64,000 nt of DNA, from contig CAVQNF010000002.1 of NCBI GenBank assembly GCA_963713805.1, positions 1 to 64,000 on the forward strand, read 5' to 3'. The DNA is from an uncultured Alphaproteobacteria bacterium (lineage in GTDB: Bacteria > Pseudomonadota > Alphaproteobacteria > Rhizobiales > Beijerinckiaceae). The position numbers and the translations under genes were made by a program. How positions within the stretch are numbered: position 1 is the stretch's first letter; each line of letters opens with the position of its first letter. Shown in pieces: positions 20,178-32,390 of this stretch. The notes under the pieces are model-generated. The model was not told the origin of the DNA. It made no database searches and saw only the letters and a program-made list of their open reading frames with translations.

Positions 20178-22445
20178 TCAGAAGCTCTTCGACAGCCCGG
20201 CGAGGATCGTGCGCCTTTGCCCGAATTGCGGCGCCGCGACCCCGATGCCGGTGCCGTTGCGAAGCTCGTATTTGCGGTCCGTGAGGTTGATCATGTCGAG
20301 GCGGGCCGTCATCTTGCCCATTCCGGGCGCCTCGAACTCATGCTTGATGCCGGCGTTGACCTGCACGTAATTCGGCTGGCGCTGGGTGTTGGCGAAGCCC
20401 GATCTCAGCCCCGAGCCGGAGATCAGATCGGTGGTGAGCAGCGTGTCGACCGAGCCGATAGGAGGCGCCGCCCGAGATCGTGAAGCGCTGGTCGTGATCG
20501 AGATAGACCCAATGGATTCGCGACGAAGGCGAGCTCGTCGGCGGCGAAGAAGAACTGGCTCGAGATGATGTTCTTTCCTTGCGCGCGCGAATAGGCGAAA
20601 TTTCCGTAGAGTGAAAGATTGTCGATCTGGTAGGAGGCCGTGACCTCCGTCCCGTAGACCTTCCCATGCTGATAATTGAAGGGCGCGAAGACGAGCGCCT
20701 GGCCGAATTGGCCTTCATCGATCAGATCATTGGCGCGTTTGTAATAGGCGTCGAGGCCGAGCTGGAAATCGGGTCCGAATTTCTGGATGACGCCGGCGTC
20801 GAAATAATTCGCGCGCTCGGGCTTCACGGGAGCTATCCGCGGTGACGCTCGGAGCCGCCGTCGTGTTGGCGAATTTGGAGATCGTCTCGGGTGCGATCAA
20901 TTCCAGGGGCGGGGGCGTGAAATAGCGCGCGTAGCCGAGATGGACGGTGGTGCCGTCGAGCGGCTTGTAGACGAGATTGACGCGTGGTGAGAGCTGGTTC
21001 TTGTCGATGAATTGGAAGCTCTCGTCGAAGCTCGCGCCGTAGTTGAGCGTCAGCTTGTCGGAGATCTTCCACTCGTCCTGCGCGTAGAGGCCCGCGAGAT
21101 AGCCGATCTTCCTGCTGTTGTCGGAGATGGCGAAGGGCTGATCGATCGGGTTCCCGTTCGCGTCGAGCGGCAGCACGGTCGACAGATTGCTCGAGCGCGC
21201 GCGTTCCACATCGGCGAAGAAGCCGGCGCGAAAGGTGTGCGACGGATCGATCTGGTAGCTCAGATCGCCTTGAAGGCCGTTGGCGAAATTCTCATGGCGC
21301 ACATTGGAGGCGACGCCATTGAACAGGACGATCGCCGACCGGATCGGGGAAGAAATGCGTCAAGGTGTATCGGCTGAAATAGGCGAGCTGCATGTTCAGG
21401 TCGCCGAGCGATTTCTGCAAGGCGAGGATGTTGAAATTCGAATTCCTCCAATTGCTGCTCGCGCAGGCCCGCCGAGTTGAAATCCGAAATGCCGAAGGCG
21501 GTGAAGGCGGGCATCTGCCCGGGATTGTTGGGAAGCCGGAATTGGCTCACCGCCGTTCCGGAGATGAAGCTCAAGCGCGTGCTCTCGTCGATGATGCCGG
21601 AAAGGTAGAGAAAGCCCCTGCCCTGCTCGGTGAAATCCTTCACCGGAACGAGCGAGTGGGTGGGATTTTCGATGCCGATGTTGTTCTGGAGGTAGCTTCC
21701 GGAAACGAAGTAGTCGAGCTTTCCGGTCGAGCCCCCATAAGAGAAGCTCGGCAGGAAGGTCTGGCGCTGCCCGCCGTAAATCGACACTTCGCCACCGGGC
21801 TCGAGCGTTCCGCTCTTCGTCTCGATGTCGACGACGCCGGCGGTTCGGTAGCCGTATTCGGCCGGCAGCGCTCCGGTGATCAGATCGATGCGGCGCGCGA
21901 AGCGGGTGTCGAACAATTGCGAGAAGCCGCTGATCGTCTCGGGGATGATGATGCCGTTGATCCGAAATTGCAGGTTCGCATGATCGCCGCGCACATGGAG
22001 CTGGCCGAAGGAGTCCTGGGCAACGCCGGGCGCCTGAAGCAAGGTCTGGCTGAGCGATGCATTGTTGCCGAGCGGCTGGGTATCGATCGCCTCGCGGTTG
22101 ATCTCGTAGCTCGAGGCGCCGACCGCGGTCGAGATCTGGTTGCGCGCCTGGTCGAGCCGTGCGGCCGTGACCGTGATGTCGAACCGGTCGCTTTGCCCGA
22201 CTTCGGTCACCACGCTTCTCGTCGGACCGGGCTGCACGGCCGGGCCGCTGGTCGCCGGCGCGGCGGGCTCCCCGGTGCCCGCTGTCGTCTGAGGCGGGGC
22301 GGTGCTCGCAGGGGCTTGAGCGAAGGTCTGGGCTTGAGCGAAGGAGGTGAAACGAAACCAAGGCCCAGGAGGAGACAGAGGAGGAGACAGAGGAAGAAAC
22401 GCCTGAAGGCAACGAAAAAAGCGAAAGGCACCGGGGACACTCCAT
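20178..22445 (-). pseudogene. TonB-dependent outer-membrane receptor, at least 6 frameshifts
   Basis: Plug and barrel segments are spread across frames (VTAARLDQARNQISTAVGASSYEINREAIDTQPLGN...; RHENFANGLQGDLSYQI...; ANYFDAGVIQKFGPDFQLGLDAYYK...). The C-terminal ...RRTILAGLSKSF* carries the TonB-box-end aromatic residue. Signal peptide FFLCLLLCLLLGLGFVS. Confidence 0.75.
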
Positions 22446-22450
22446 TAAAT

Positions 22451-22501
22451 GTTACAACGTAACACTACGGAAATTTTTTATTAATGCAATAACGTTGCAT
22501 T
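22451..22501. promoter_or_regulatory. Two palindromes in the AT-rich region upstream of the TonB-dependent receptor (candidate operator)
   Basis: gttacAACGTaac (22451-22463) and aatgcaaTAACGttgcatt (22483-22501), immediately 5' of the receptor start on the minus strand. Confidence 0.3.
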
Positions 22502-22860
22502 TCTGGGAAAATTTGGGGTTGACCGGCGCGAGAGGATCGACAGGAGATGGGCTCACGAGGTTCGCTCGCCGGGGCGATGCTCCGCGAGGCAAAAGCTCAG
22601 TGCGCGGCGCGATGGCGAAGGTGCCTTCGCTTCGGCGTGCCGCATGACGTCCCGATCACGGAAAGGAGCGGTCGTGAAGAATTGCAGCCGGTCGCTTCCA
22701 GCCTCGCGCGGCCAATCATATGGACTTCACAAGCAAGATCGTCTTGATGAAAGCGGTTTTTCACGGATGCGGCGCATGCGCCAAGCCCTGCTTGCTCCGC
22801 TGCCCAGCGATGGGCGAAGCCGGGCCGACATCGGGCAAGGCGAGGGAGGGATCAAGGCTC

Positions 22861-24097
22861 ATGGATGTCTACCAGCGTTTGTCCGTCGCGAAGCGGGTGA
22901 ACGGAGCGGGGCTGCTGACGCGCCTCGGCGGCAGCCTCATGGATGCGCAAACGCTCGACGCCATGCGGGAGGCCGCGGGCGCCTTCGTCGACATCGCCGA
23001 ATTGCAGACGCGAGCGGGCGAGATCATCGCCGCGCCATACGGGAGCCCAAGCGGGCATCGTCACCGGCGGCGCGGCCGCGGCACTCACCCTTGCGACGGC
23101 GGCCTGCATCGCGCGCAACGATGTGGCGAAGATGGAGCGCCTGCCGGATACCGAGGGGATGGCCGACGAGGTCATCATCCACCGCGCCCATCGCACCGGC
23201 TATGACCACGCCATCAGGGCGGCAGGCGCGCGCCTCGTGGAGATCGGCCTCAATGATCGCGGGGTGGGCGCCGGCGTGCGTGATCTCGAAGCTTGGGAGA
23301 TCGAAGCGGCGATCGGGCCGAAAACGGCGGCGATCGCCTATACGGCGACGCCCGATCTCGAGCCCGCGCTATCCCGCGTCGTCGCGGTGGCGGAGCGTTT
23401 CAAGCTCCCGGTCATCGTCGATGCCGCGGCGCAATTGCCTCCCAAGGAGAATCTTCGCCGCTTCATCGAGGAAGGCGCGGCCCTCGTCGCCTTCAGCGGC
23501 GGCAAGGCCATCCGGGGGCCCCAAGGAACAGGAATCCTGTGCGGCCGCGAGGAACTCGTCGCCTCGGCCTTGATCCAGATGCTCGATCTCGACATCCTTC
23601 CCGAAACCTGGACGCCGCCCGAAGGTTTGCTCGCCCGGCATTTCGCCGATCGCTTTCCCCATCATGGCCTCGGACGCGGCTTCAAGGTCGACAAGGAATC
23701 GATCGTCGGGCTCGTGGTGGCGCTCGAGCGTTTCGTCGCTTGCGACCTCGAAGCGGAGATCGAGGGACGCCGCGAGCTCCTCTCGCGCATCGTCCGGACG
23801 ATTTCCGAGCTTCCCCATTGCCGCGCACGCGAGATCAGGCAGACGAAGGGGAAATATCCGGCGCTCGACATCGCGATCGATGTGGCGGCGCTCGGCAGCG
23901 ACGCTTATGCGGTGAGCCGTGCGCTGCAGCGCCATGACCCGCCGGTGCATCTGGGAGAGCGCCACGCCCGGCAAGGCGTCCTCGTCGTCGAACTCCGCGG
24001 GACTTCGGCCGGGCGATGAGGAGATCATCGCCCGTGCCCTGCGCATCGTCCTCACCGGCGCGGCGAGGACCTGTGCGACAACGAAGGAAAAGCAGTG
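22861..24097 (+). pseudogene. SelA-like / DgaE-like fold-type-I PLP-dependent enzyme, 2 frameshifts
   Basis: MDVYQRLSVAKRVNGAGLLTRLGGSLMDAQTLDAMREAAGAFVDIAELQ...; shift at about 23040 to ...IVTGGAAAALTLATAA...AFSGGKAIRGPQGTGIL...; the C-terminus continues in a third frame (...GDEEIIARALRIVLTG...*). GAGGGAGGGA RBS. Confidence 0.6.
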
Positions 24098-24867
24098 ATG
24101 TCCACGCGGCTCTTCGATCTTTCCGGGCGCACCGCGCTCGTCACCGGCTCGTCGCGCGGCCTCGGGCGCGCCATGGCGGAGGGTCTCGCGGCAGCCGGCG
24201 CCCGCATCGTCCTGCACGGCCAGGATGAGGCACCGCCTCTCCGCGGCGGCCGAGGCGATGCGCGGCGAAGGCCATGATGTGCGAAGCGTCCGCTTCGACA
24301 TCGCCGACGAGGCGGCGATCCTTACCGCCTTCGCGCGCCTCGATGCCGACGGCGTCGCGATCGACATCCTCGTCAACAATGCCGGCATCCAGCTGCGCAA
24401 GCCGATGCTCGAGCTTGCGACGCAGGAATGGCGCAAGGTGATCGACGCCAATCTCACGGGCGCCTTCATCGTCGGCCGCGAGGCAGCGAAGCGGATGGTG
24501 CCGCGCGGACGCGGGAAGATCGTCAATATCGGCTCGCTCACGAGCGAAGTGGCGCGCGCCACCATCGCGCCTTACGCGGTGTCGAAGGGCGGCATCAAGC
24601 TGCTCACGCGGGCCATGGCGGCCGAATGGGCCGCGCATGGCATCCAGGCGAATGCGATCGGGCCGGGCTACATGCTCACCGACATGAACAAGGCTCTCAT
24701 CGAGGACGAGAAATTCGACGCCTGGGTGAAGGCGCGCACGCCGGCGAAGCGTTGGGGGCGCCCCGAGGAACTGGTCGGGGCCGTGATCTTCCTCGCCTCG
24801 CGAAGCTTCCGATTACGTCAACGGCCAGATCATCTATGTCGATGGCGGCATGCTTGCGGTTCTGTGA
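24095..24867 (+). pseudogene. Gluconate 5-dehydrogenase-like SDR, 2 frameshifts
   Basis: MSTRLFDLSGRTALVTGSSRGLGRAMAEGLAAAGARIVLHG; shift at about 24235; ...DILVNNAGIQLRKP...NIGSLTSEVARATIAPYAVSKGGIKLLTRAMAAEWA...; 1-nt insertion at about 24815; then ...SDYVNGQIIYVDGGMLAVL*. Confidence 0.65.
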
Positions 24868-24885
24868 GCGCGGCGCGGCCCTGCC

Positions 24886-25404
24886 ATGACCTCGCAAGAG
24901 CTCCCCTATCGCACCAATGTCGGGATCGCGCTCTTCAACAGGCAAGGGCGCGTGCTGATCGCGCATCGTTTGCGCAATGACGGGCCGGAGATCATCCTTC
25001 CCGGCCATGAATGGCAAATGCCGCAAGGCGGCGTCGACCCGAACGAAGAGGCGCTCTCGGCGGCGCGTCGCGAATTATGGGAGGAGACGGCGGTCTTGAG
25101 CGCCGATTACCTCGGCGAGGTTTCCGACCCGATGACCTATGAGTTTCCGCCCTATGCCGGGCCGTGGCATCGGCTCTGCGCCTTCCGCGGCCAGCGCCAG
25201 CGCTGGTATGCGTTCCGCTTCACGGGGGATGATGGCGAGATCGATGTCGGCCGCGGCGAAGGCGGCGCCGACCCGGAATTCTCGCACTGGCGCTGGGAGC
25301 GGCTCGACAGAGTGGCGGCTCTCGTCGTGCCCTTCAAGCGCGAAATCTACGAGCGCGTGGCTCTCGAGTTTCGTGCCTTCGCCGAACCGGCACAATCAAG
25401 TTGA
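24886..25404 (+). CDS. rppH: RNA pyrophosphohydrolase RppH (Nudix hydrolase)
   Basis: LPYRTNVGIALFNRQGRVLIAHRL...WQMPQGGVDPNEEALSAARRELWEETAV: Nudix box. Intact. Confidence 0.8.
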   Translation: MTSQELPYRTNVGIALFNRQGRVLIAHRLRNDGPEIILPGHEWQMPQGGVDPNEEALSAARRELWEETAVLSADYLGEVSDPMTYEFPPYAGPWHRLCAFRGQRQRWYAFRFTGDDGEIDVGRGEGGADPEFSHWRWERLDRVAALVVPFKREIYERVALEFRAFAEPAQSS

Positions 25405-26869
25405 ATCCAGCCTCACCCGAAAGGCATCGACCAGGTCCGCACATTGGTGAAGCTCTTCATCGCTTCCACCACGCCTTCCTTGTAGCCAAGGCCTGAATCC
25501 TTGATGCCGCCGAACGGCGACATCTCGATGCGGTAGCCGGGCACTTCCCAGATGTTGACCGTGCCGACCTCGAGCTCCTGGATGAACCGCGTGATGTAGT
25601 CCATGCGGTTGGTGCACACGCCCGACGACAAGCCGTAGGCGGTCGAGTTCGAGATGCGGATGACGCTCGTCGATCTCGTCCGGAACCCGGATGATCGGGA
25701 TGACCGGGCCGAAGGTCTCCTGATGCACCAGCTCGCAATCGTAAGGCACGCGATCGACCACGGTCGGCGGAAAGAGCGCGCCGTTCGCGGGGCGCTCCGT
25801 GGAGCAGCTCGGCGCCTTTTGCGACGCGCGTCGTCGACGCGTCGCTCGAAAAGCTTCGCCGCCTCTTCGTTGATGACCGTGCCGACGTCGACGGAAGGGT
25901 CCATCGGATCCCCGCATTTCAGCTTCTTGGCCTTGGCGAGGACGAGCTCGACGAAATCGTCGGCGACGCTCTCGACGACGAGAATGCGCTTCACCGCCGT
26001 GCAACGCTGGCCCGAATTCTTGGTCGCGCCCTGCACGGCGAGCTCGGCCGCCTTGTCGAGATCGGCGTCCTCCATGACGATCAGCGGGATCGTTGCCGCC
26101 GAGCTCGAGCACCAGGCGGCGATAGCCGGCCTTCTCGGCGATGTATTTGCCGACGCGCACCGAGCCGGTGAAGGTGATGAGGTCGCAGTCCTCATCGGTG
26201 ATCATGGCATCGCCCATGGTGCGCGGATTGCCGGTGACGACGGAAAGCATCTGCGGCGGCAGCCCGGCCTCGTAGAGCACGTCGGCGAGCGCGAGCGCGG
26301 TCAGCGGGCGTGAGCTCGGTCGGCTTCAGCACGACGCGGTTGTTGGTGGCGATCGCGGGGGCGAGCTTGTGGCTCACCATGTTGAGCGGGATGATTGAAC
26401 GGGGTGATCGCCGAGATGACGCCGAGCAGCGGCAGGCGCGTCGTGAAGATCTTGCGGTTCTTGCCGTTCGGGCTGATGTCGCAGGAATAGATCTCGCCGT
26501 CGTCCTTGATGGTGAGCTGCGCCGCGAAGGACCAGACGTCGAAGGCGCGGCTTGCTTCGTAAAGCGAATCCTTCCAGCACAACCCGGATTCGGCGGTGAT
26601 CAGCCGCGCGAACTCTTCCTTGCGGTCGCGCAAGATCTCGGCCGTCGTCTGCAGGATGCGCTGACGCTCGATAGCGCGTGAGCTTCGGCCTGAAAGGCGC
26701 GCGCCTGGCGAAGGCGTCCCGCACATGCTCGGGCCGTCCGGCCGGAACGGTGCCGATCACCTCGTTGGTGTAGGGATTGAGCACCTCGACGACGCTCGTC
26801 GGTCGTCGACGAGCGTGCCGGCGATCCGCATGCATTCCTTGCGGATGGCCGGCTTCGCTTCGATATTCA
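25396..26869 (-). pseudogene. phnY: Aldehyde dehydrogenase, probably phosphonoacetaldehyde dehydrogenase PhnY (by context), at least 6 frameshifts
   Basis: ALDH-family segments lie in three frames ([23 protein letters not shown]...[14 protein letters not shown]; ...[12 protein letters not shown]; [24 protein letters not shown]; [49 protein letters not shown]; [37 protein letters not shown]...; ...[32 protein letters not shown]). GAGAGG RBS. Adjacent to phnA and phnW. Confidence 0.65.
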
Positions 26870-26930
26870 TCGCATTCACCTCTCGGTGACGCGTAGCTCT
26901 CGCGCGAGCTGCCTCGCACCTGTCAACGGC

Positions 26931-28256
<1,326 letters not shown>

Positions 28257-29436
28257 TCAGACGCTCAGGCAGCCTTGCGCGGCGGGATCGCTCACGCCCA
28301 TCTCGTCGAGCACCTCGCGCACGGCCGCAAGACGCCCGCTGCATCTCCTTTTCGCCGATGCGCCCGATGCAGCCGATGCGGAAGCAATCCGCGACGGTCA
28401 GCTTGCCCGGATAGATCACATAGCCACGCTCCTTCAGCCCATCGTAGAAAGCGCTGGAAAACGAAGCGCGGATGGGTCGGCATGTGGAAGGTGACGATGA
28501 TCGGCGCCTGCAGATGATCGGGAAGCAAGGTGCGAAAGCCGAGCTCCCGCATGCCCGACACCAGGATGCGGCAATTTTCGCGGTAGCGACGGCCACGCCC
28601 CTCGACACCGCCCTCAGCCGCGAATTCCCGCAAGGCCTGGTGGAAGGCGACGATCACATGGATGGGGGGCGTGAAACGGTATTGCCCGGTCTTCTCGAGA
28701 TTCGCCCATTGGTCGTGCAGGTCGAGGACCAGCGTCGTCGCCTGACCCTTGGTCGCGACGAGCGCCTCGCGCCGGCAGATGACGAAGCCGAGGCCGGGCA
28801 CGCCCTCGATGCATTTGTTCGAGGAGGCGGCGACCGCATCGACATGGGCTCTTCGCACATCGAGCGGCAGCGCCCCGAAGGCGCTCATCGAATTGAGGAG
28901 AAAGCTCTTCCCATGTGGCGTCGGCGAGCGCGCCGATCTCGTCGATCGGGTTGAGGATGCCGGAGGTCGTCTCGCAATGGACCGCGAAGATATGGGTGAT
29001 CGAAGGCGTGCGCCTCAAGATGCGCTCCACCTTCTCGAGGTCGGGCAACGGTGTCCTCGGGCGTCTCGTGCACGAGCGTGCGGCGCCGCGCGATCTCGAG
29101 GATGCGCTTCGCCCGATGCCCGTAGGCGCCGTTGACGAGGAGGAGCACCCTCCCCTTCGGCGGCACGAAGCTCGTCAGCATGGCTTCGACCGCGAAGGTG
29201 CCGGAGCCTTGCACCGGCACCGTGACGTAGTCCTCGCCGCCTTTGGCGATTTCAGGCAGGCGTTGCAGCACCGCCTTGTTGATCGCGAGAAAGCCCGCAT
29301 CGCGCGAGCCCCAATCATGCACCATGGCCGCCTTCACGCTGCGTGACGTGGTGAGGGGGCCGGGCGTCAGGAGAAAAGGGTCGCCGGTCTCGGACGCGGC
29401 TCTTCGGAGAGGTTTGGAGGATGAGTTATCCGTCAT
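28257..29436 (-). pseudogene. phnW: 2-aminoethylphosphonate--pyruvate transaminase PhnW, at least 3 frameshifts
   Basis: MTDNSSSKPLRRAASETGDPFLLTPGPLTTSRSVKAAMVHDWGSRDAGFLAINKAVLQRLPEIAKGGEDYVTVPVQGSGTFAVEAM...; SSNKCIEGVPGLGFVICRREAL...LVLDLHDQWANLEKTGQYRFTPP; [40 protein letters not shown]; the C-terminus ...[21 protein letters not shown] is in another frame. GGGAGA RBS. Confidence 0.7.
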
Positions 29437-29574
29437 GCTTCTCCCGTGAGATTTCCAGATCGCTCTTGATTCCAGATCGCTGTTGGCGCGACGGCGCAAA
29501 CGCCCGCTCGCCGATCGCGCCATGGTTTCTAGCGGCCTCAACAAAATCAGTCAAGTTGCCACATAATGCCACTT

Positions 29575-30450
29575 TCATGTCAGGCGCGTGACAGTGCCTA
29601 GAACATCCGCATGCAGAAAAGGCCGCCGAGAATGAACGCTCCCGACACGGCTCGCACACGCGTCATCGGCTCCTTCAGGAAGACGACGGCGATCAAGCCT
29701 GCCGAAAAGCACGCTCGTCTCGCGGATCGCCGCCACGAGCGCGATGGGCGCGACCGTCATGGCCCAGATGGCGATCCAATAGGCGGCGAGCGACATCGCT
29801 CCGCCGGCGAAGCCGGGCGCGAGGAAGCCGAGCGCCGGCTTCACCCCTTTGAACCCTTTCCACAGGAGACAAATGATCAGCATCGGATAGGCATCGACCG
29901 CGAACAGGGCAGCGGCGTAGGCATTCGCATCCCCAGCCGCGCGCGCGCCCATGCCGTCGACGATCGTGTAGGAGGAGATGGTGATCGCGGTGAGCAGCGC
30001 GCAGCTCACGGCGACCTTGCTCGGTGCCATGAGATGGCGATGGCCGCGCAGCGAAATCAGGAGAACGCCTGCGCCCAGAAGCAGGATGCCGATCCCGTTT
30101 CCGGCGCTGATCGGATCGTGCACCAGGGCGAGCGAGGCCAGCGCCGTCATCAGCGGCGCGGCGCCTCTTGCGATGGGGTAGATCTGGCCCATGTCGGCGC
30201 GGCGATAGGCCTCGGCGAGGAAGAGGTAATAGCCGAGATGGATGACCACCGAGGCGATGATCCACGGCCAGGCCTCGGCCTTGGGCAGGCCGGTAACCAG
30301 GAGCGCCGGCAGCGCGATCACGCCGCAGGTGAAGCAGATCAGCGTCATCGCGAGAAAAGGATCGAGCCTGATCTTGATGAGCGCGTTCCAGCCCGCATGC
30401 AGCGCGGCCGCGATCAGCACCGCAAGGAAGACGAAGAGGCTGAGGTGCAT
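29575..30450 (-). CDS. EamA/DMT-family transporter (10 TM), C-terminal end possibly frameshifted
   Basis: MHLSLFVFLAVLIAAALHAGWNALIKIRLDPFLA...: an EamA-like duplicated 5-TM architecture. The last 40 or so residues (RLDRRRLPEGADDAC...) look out of frame. Confidence 0.6.
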   Translation of the reverse strand: MHLSLFVFLAVLIAAALHAGWNALIKIRLDPFLAMTLICFTCGVIALPALLVTGLPKAEAWPWIIASVVIHLGYYLFLAEAYRRADMGQIYPIARGAAPLMTALASLALVHDPISAGNGIGILLLGAGVLLISLRGHRHLMAPSKVAVSCALLTAITISSYTIVDGMGARAAGDANAYAAALFAVDAYPMLIICLLWKGFKGVKPALGFLAPGFAGGAMSLAAYWIAIWAMTVAPIALVAAIRETSVLFGRLDRRRLPEGADDACASRVGSVHSRRPFLHADVLGTVTRLT

Positions 30451-30465
30451 GGATCGGCCGCGGCT

Positions 30466-31239
30466 TCACGCCTGCGCCTGGATGACCGGCCAGCGCCGGG
30501 CCGCGAAGGCTTGCGCGATCCGCTTCGGCGGCGGCTTGTCGACGATGAGGCCCGCGATCCGCGGGACGGTCGCCATCTTCACGGGCGTGCGACGCTCGAA
30601 CTTGCCGTGGTCGGCGAGCACGAAGACCTTTTGGCCGGCCTTCATCATCAAGTGGCGTTGCTCGCAAGCAAGTCGCGAATAATCGGTGAGTTCGCCCTCC
30701 GGCGAGATGCCGCCCACTCCGATGAAGGCGAGATCGACACGGAAATGCACGAGCGCCGAGAGCGTGTCGATCCCGAACGCCGCCTCGTCATTGGGATCGA
30801 TCTCACCACCGAGCATGGTCACCTTCACACCCGATGAGCGGCACAAGAGAAGCGCGATCGGCAGGCTGTTGGTGAGGACGGTGAGGTCCTTGCGCTCCAC
30901 GAGCGCATAAGCGAGCGCGAGCGTCGTCGACCCCGAATTGAGGATGACCACCATGCCGTCCTCGATGAAGCTCGCGGCCTTCCGGCCGATCGCGGCCTTG
31001 CCCGGGCGCGTTCGCCGCCTGGCGCGCGGCGAGGGAAGGCTCGGCCGTCGCGCCCCGCGCCGCCCCACCGTGCACGAGATTGGCACGCCCCTGGTCGGCG
31101 AGCGCCTTGAGGTCTCGGCGTATGGTCTCGCGCGAGACACGCCAGCCGCTCGGCGAGGAGCGAGACGCTGACCGCCCCCGAGGCGTCGAGCGACGTTGAC
31201 GATATGATCCTGGCGACTGATGGCGAGCGGACGATTCAT
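30466..31239 (-). pseudogene. DeoR/GlpR-family transcriptional regulator, frameshifts in the N-terminal HTH region
   Basis: The C-terminal sugar-phosphate-binding domain is intact in the main frame (AASFIEDGMVVILNSGSTTLALAYAL...VFVLADHGKF). The HTH (LLAERLGVSRETIRRDLKALADQG) sits in another frame. MNRPLAISRQDHIVNVARRLG at the start. Confidence 0.6.
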
Positions 31240-31514
31240 GAAAGGCGAAGCCCGGTCGGAGCGCGATGCGAGTTGTGGCATTTTGTGGCAATTTCTGCAA
31301 GCGTCGGAGTTTGTCGTCGCGCGCGGATGGTCTTGCTCTTTGCTCGCGCAATTGCCATGGTTTGCGCGGTCATCCAGATATGAGGAACTCCTCCAGCGCC
31401 TTCGGCAACGGGCAACGCCCGAACCGAAAGCAGGGCGTGAAAGGATCGGGCGGCTACCCCGGACGGCCACATTGACGAATTGCGGCGACAGCCGTTTTTC
31501 AGGAGCCGTCCCCG

Positions 31515-32315
31515 ATGCCCGATTCCACGCGGCGAAGGCCGCGCCACCTGTTGCGCACCTTGGCCGAAGCGCCCGCCTGGAAGCTCGGCACCGGCGCCAT
31601 GGCTCTCCTTGGGGGCGCTTTCTTCATAGGGGTCCTGTTCCAGTCCGGAAGGGATGCCGACCGGGAGCGCACGAAAACCGGCGTCGTCGACATCATCGAG
31701 AACGAGCGCAATGCGAAGGCCGAGAAGGATCGCGCCTTTGCCGACCTGACGATCGAGAATACCGAGCTCCTCCGGCGCCTGCGTTCGCTCGACGCGCAAT
31801 TGAGCGCCTCGCGCGCCGAGAAGGATCGGCTCGTGGCGCAAGGGGATTTCCTCAGATGGTACACCGCCGACCTCAAGAGCCCGAGCGAGGCCGGCAATCA
31901 ACGGCTCGTCGATACGGTCTGCTCGCTTTGGAAAGACGGCAGGCAATGGATCAGGATCGAGCGCCAGCCTCTCCTTCTGTCCGTCGCCGACATCAAGGAA
32001 GGGCGCCTCACGCCCGCCCTGCAATTGCTGCTGGTGCAAAACTTCGTGCCGCTCGAGCCCCTCATGAAGATACGGCTCGGGGACGCCGCGTCAGGAAGCG
32101 CGACGCCGATATCCGCCTCGGGGCGGCCCGCCCCGCGCCCCTCTGCAAGCGCCACTATGGGGAGCGCCAATCCGCAGATCCCGGCCTCGATTGAAAAGCA
32201 GCTTCAGGACATCAGGGTCGCGAAGTTCATCGTCTTCCCCGATGGGTCGCGCTTCGAGCTTCCTCAAGCTGTCGCGGTCGCGGTCCAGATCCGCAGGGAA
32301 TGCGGCCTCTTCTGA
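31515..32315 (+). CDS. Hypothetical membrane-anchored coiled-coil protein
   Basis: 266-aa ORF with CAGGAG RBS, an N-terminal TM segment (LGTGAMALLGGAFFIGVLF) and a coiled-coil segment (ENTELLRRLRSLDAQLSASRAEKDRL). No known domain. Confidence 0.45.
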   Translation: MPDSTRRRPRHLLRTLAEAPAWKLGTGAMALLGGAFFIGVLFQSGRDADRERTKTGVVDIIENERNAKAEKDRAFADLTIENTELLRRLRSLDAQLSASRAEKDRLVAQGDFLRWYTADLKSPSEAGNQRLVDTVCSLWKDGRQWIRIERQPLLLSVADIKEGRLTPALQLLLVQNFVPLEPLMKIRLGDAASGSATPISASGRPAPRPSASATMGSANPQIPASIEKQLQDIRVAKFIVFPDGSRFELPQAVAVAVQIRRECGLF

Positions 32316-32390
32316 CAGGAAGGCCGTTCGAGCATCCGACCGAGCGCGGCCGCCGACGAGGCTCGCGAGCCATGACGGCGCCGATGATCC

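Noticed and set aside
22510-22860. Possible riboswitch in the structured GC-rich 5' region between the TonB-dependent receptor and the SelA-like gene
   Set aside because: No recognisable conserved riboswitch core (for example no B12 box, TPP, SAM or glycine motifs) could be identified by eye. Left as unassigned.
22644-23573. 309-aa plus-strand ORF
   Set aside because: An Arg/Ser/Pro-rich alternative frame of the SelA-like gene region.
31220-32194. 324-aa plus-strand ORF
   Set aside because: Arg-rich. It overlaps the DeoR gene (antisense) and the better-supported 31515..32315 ORF.
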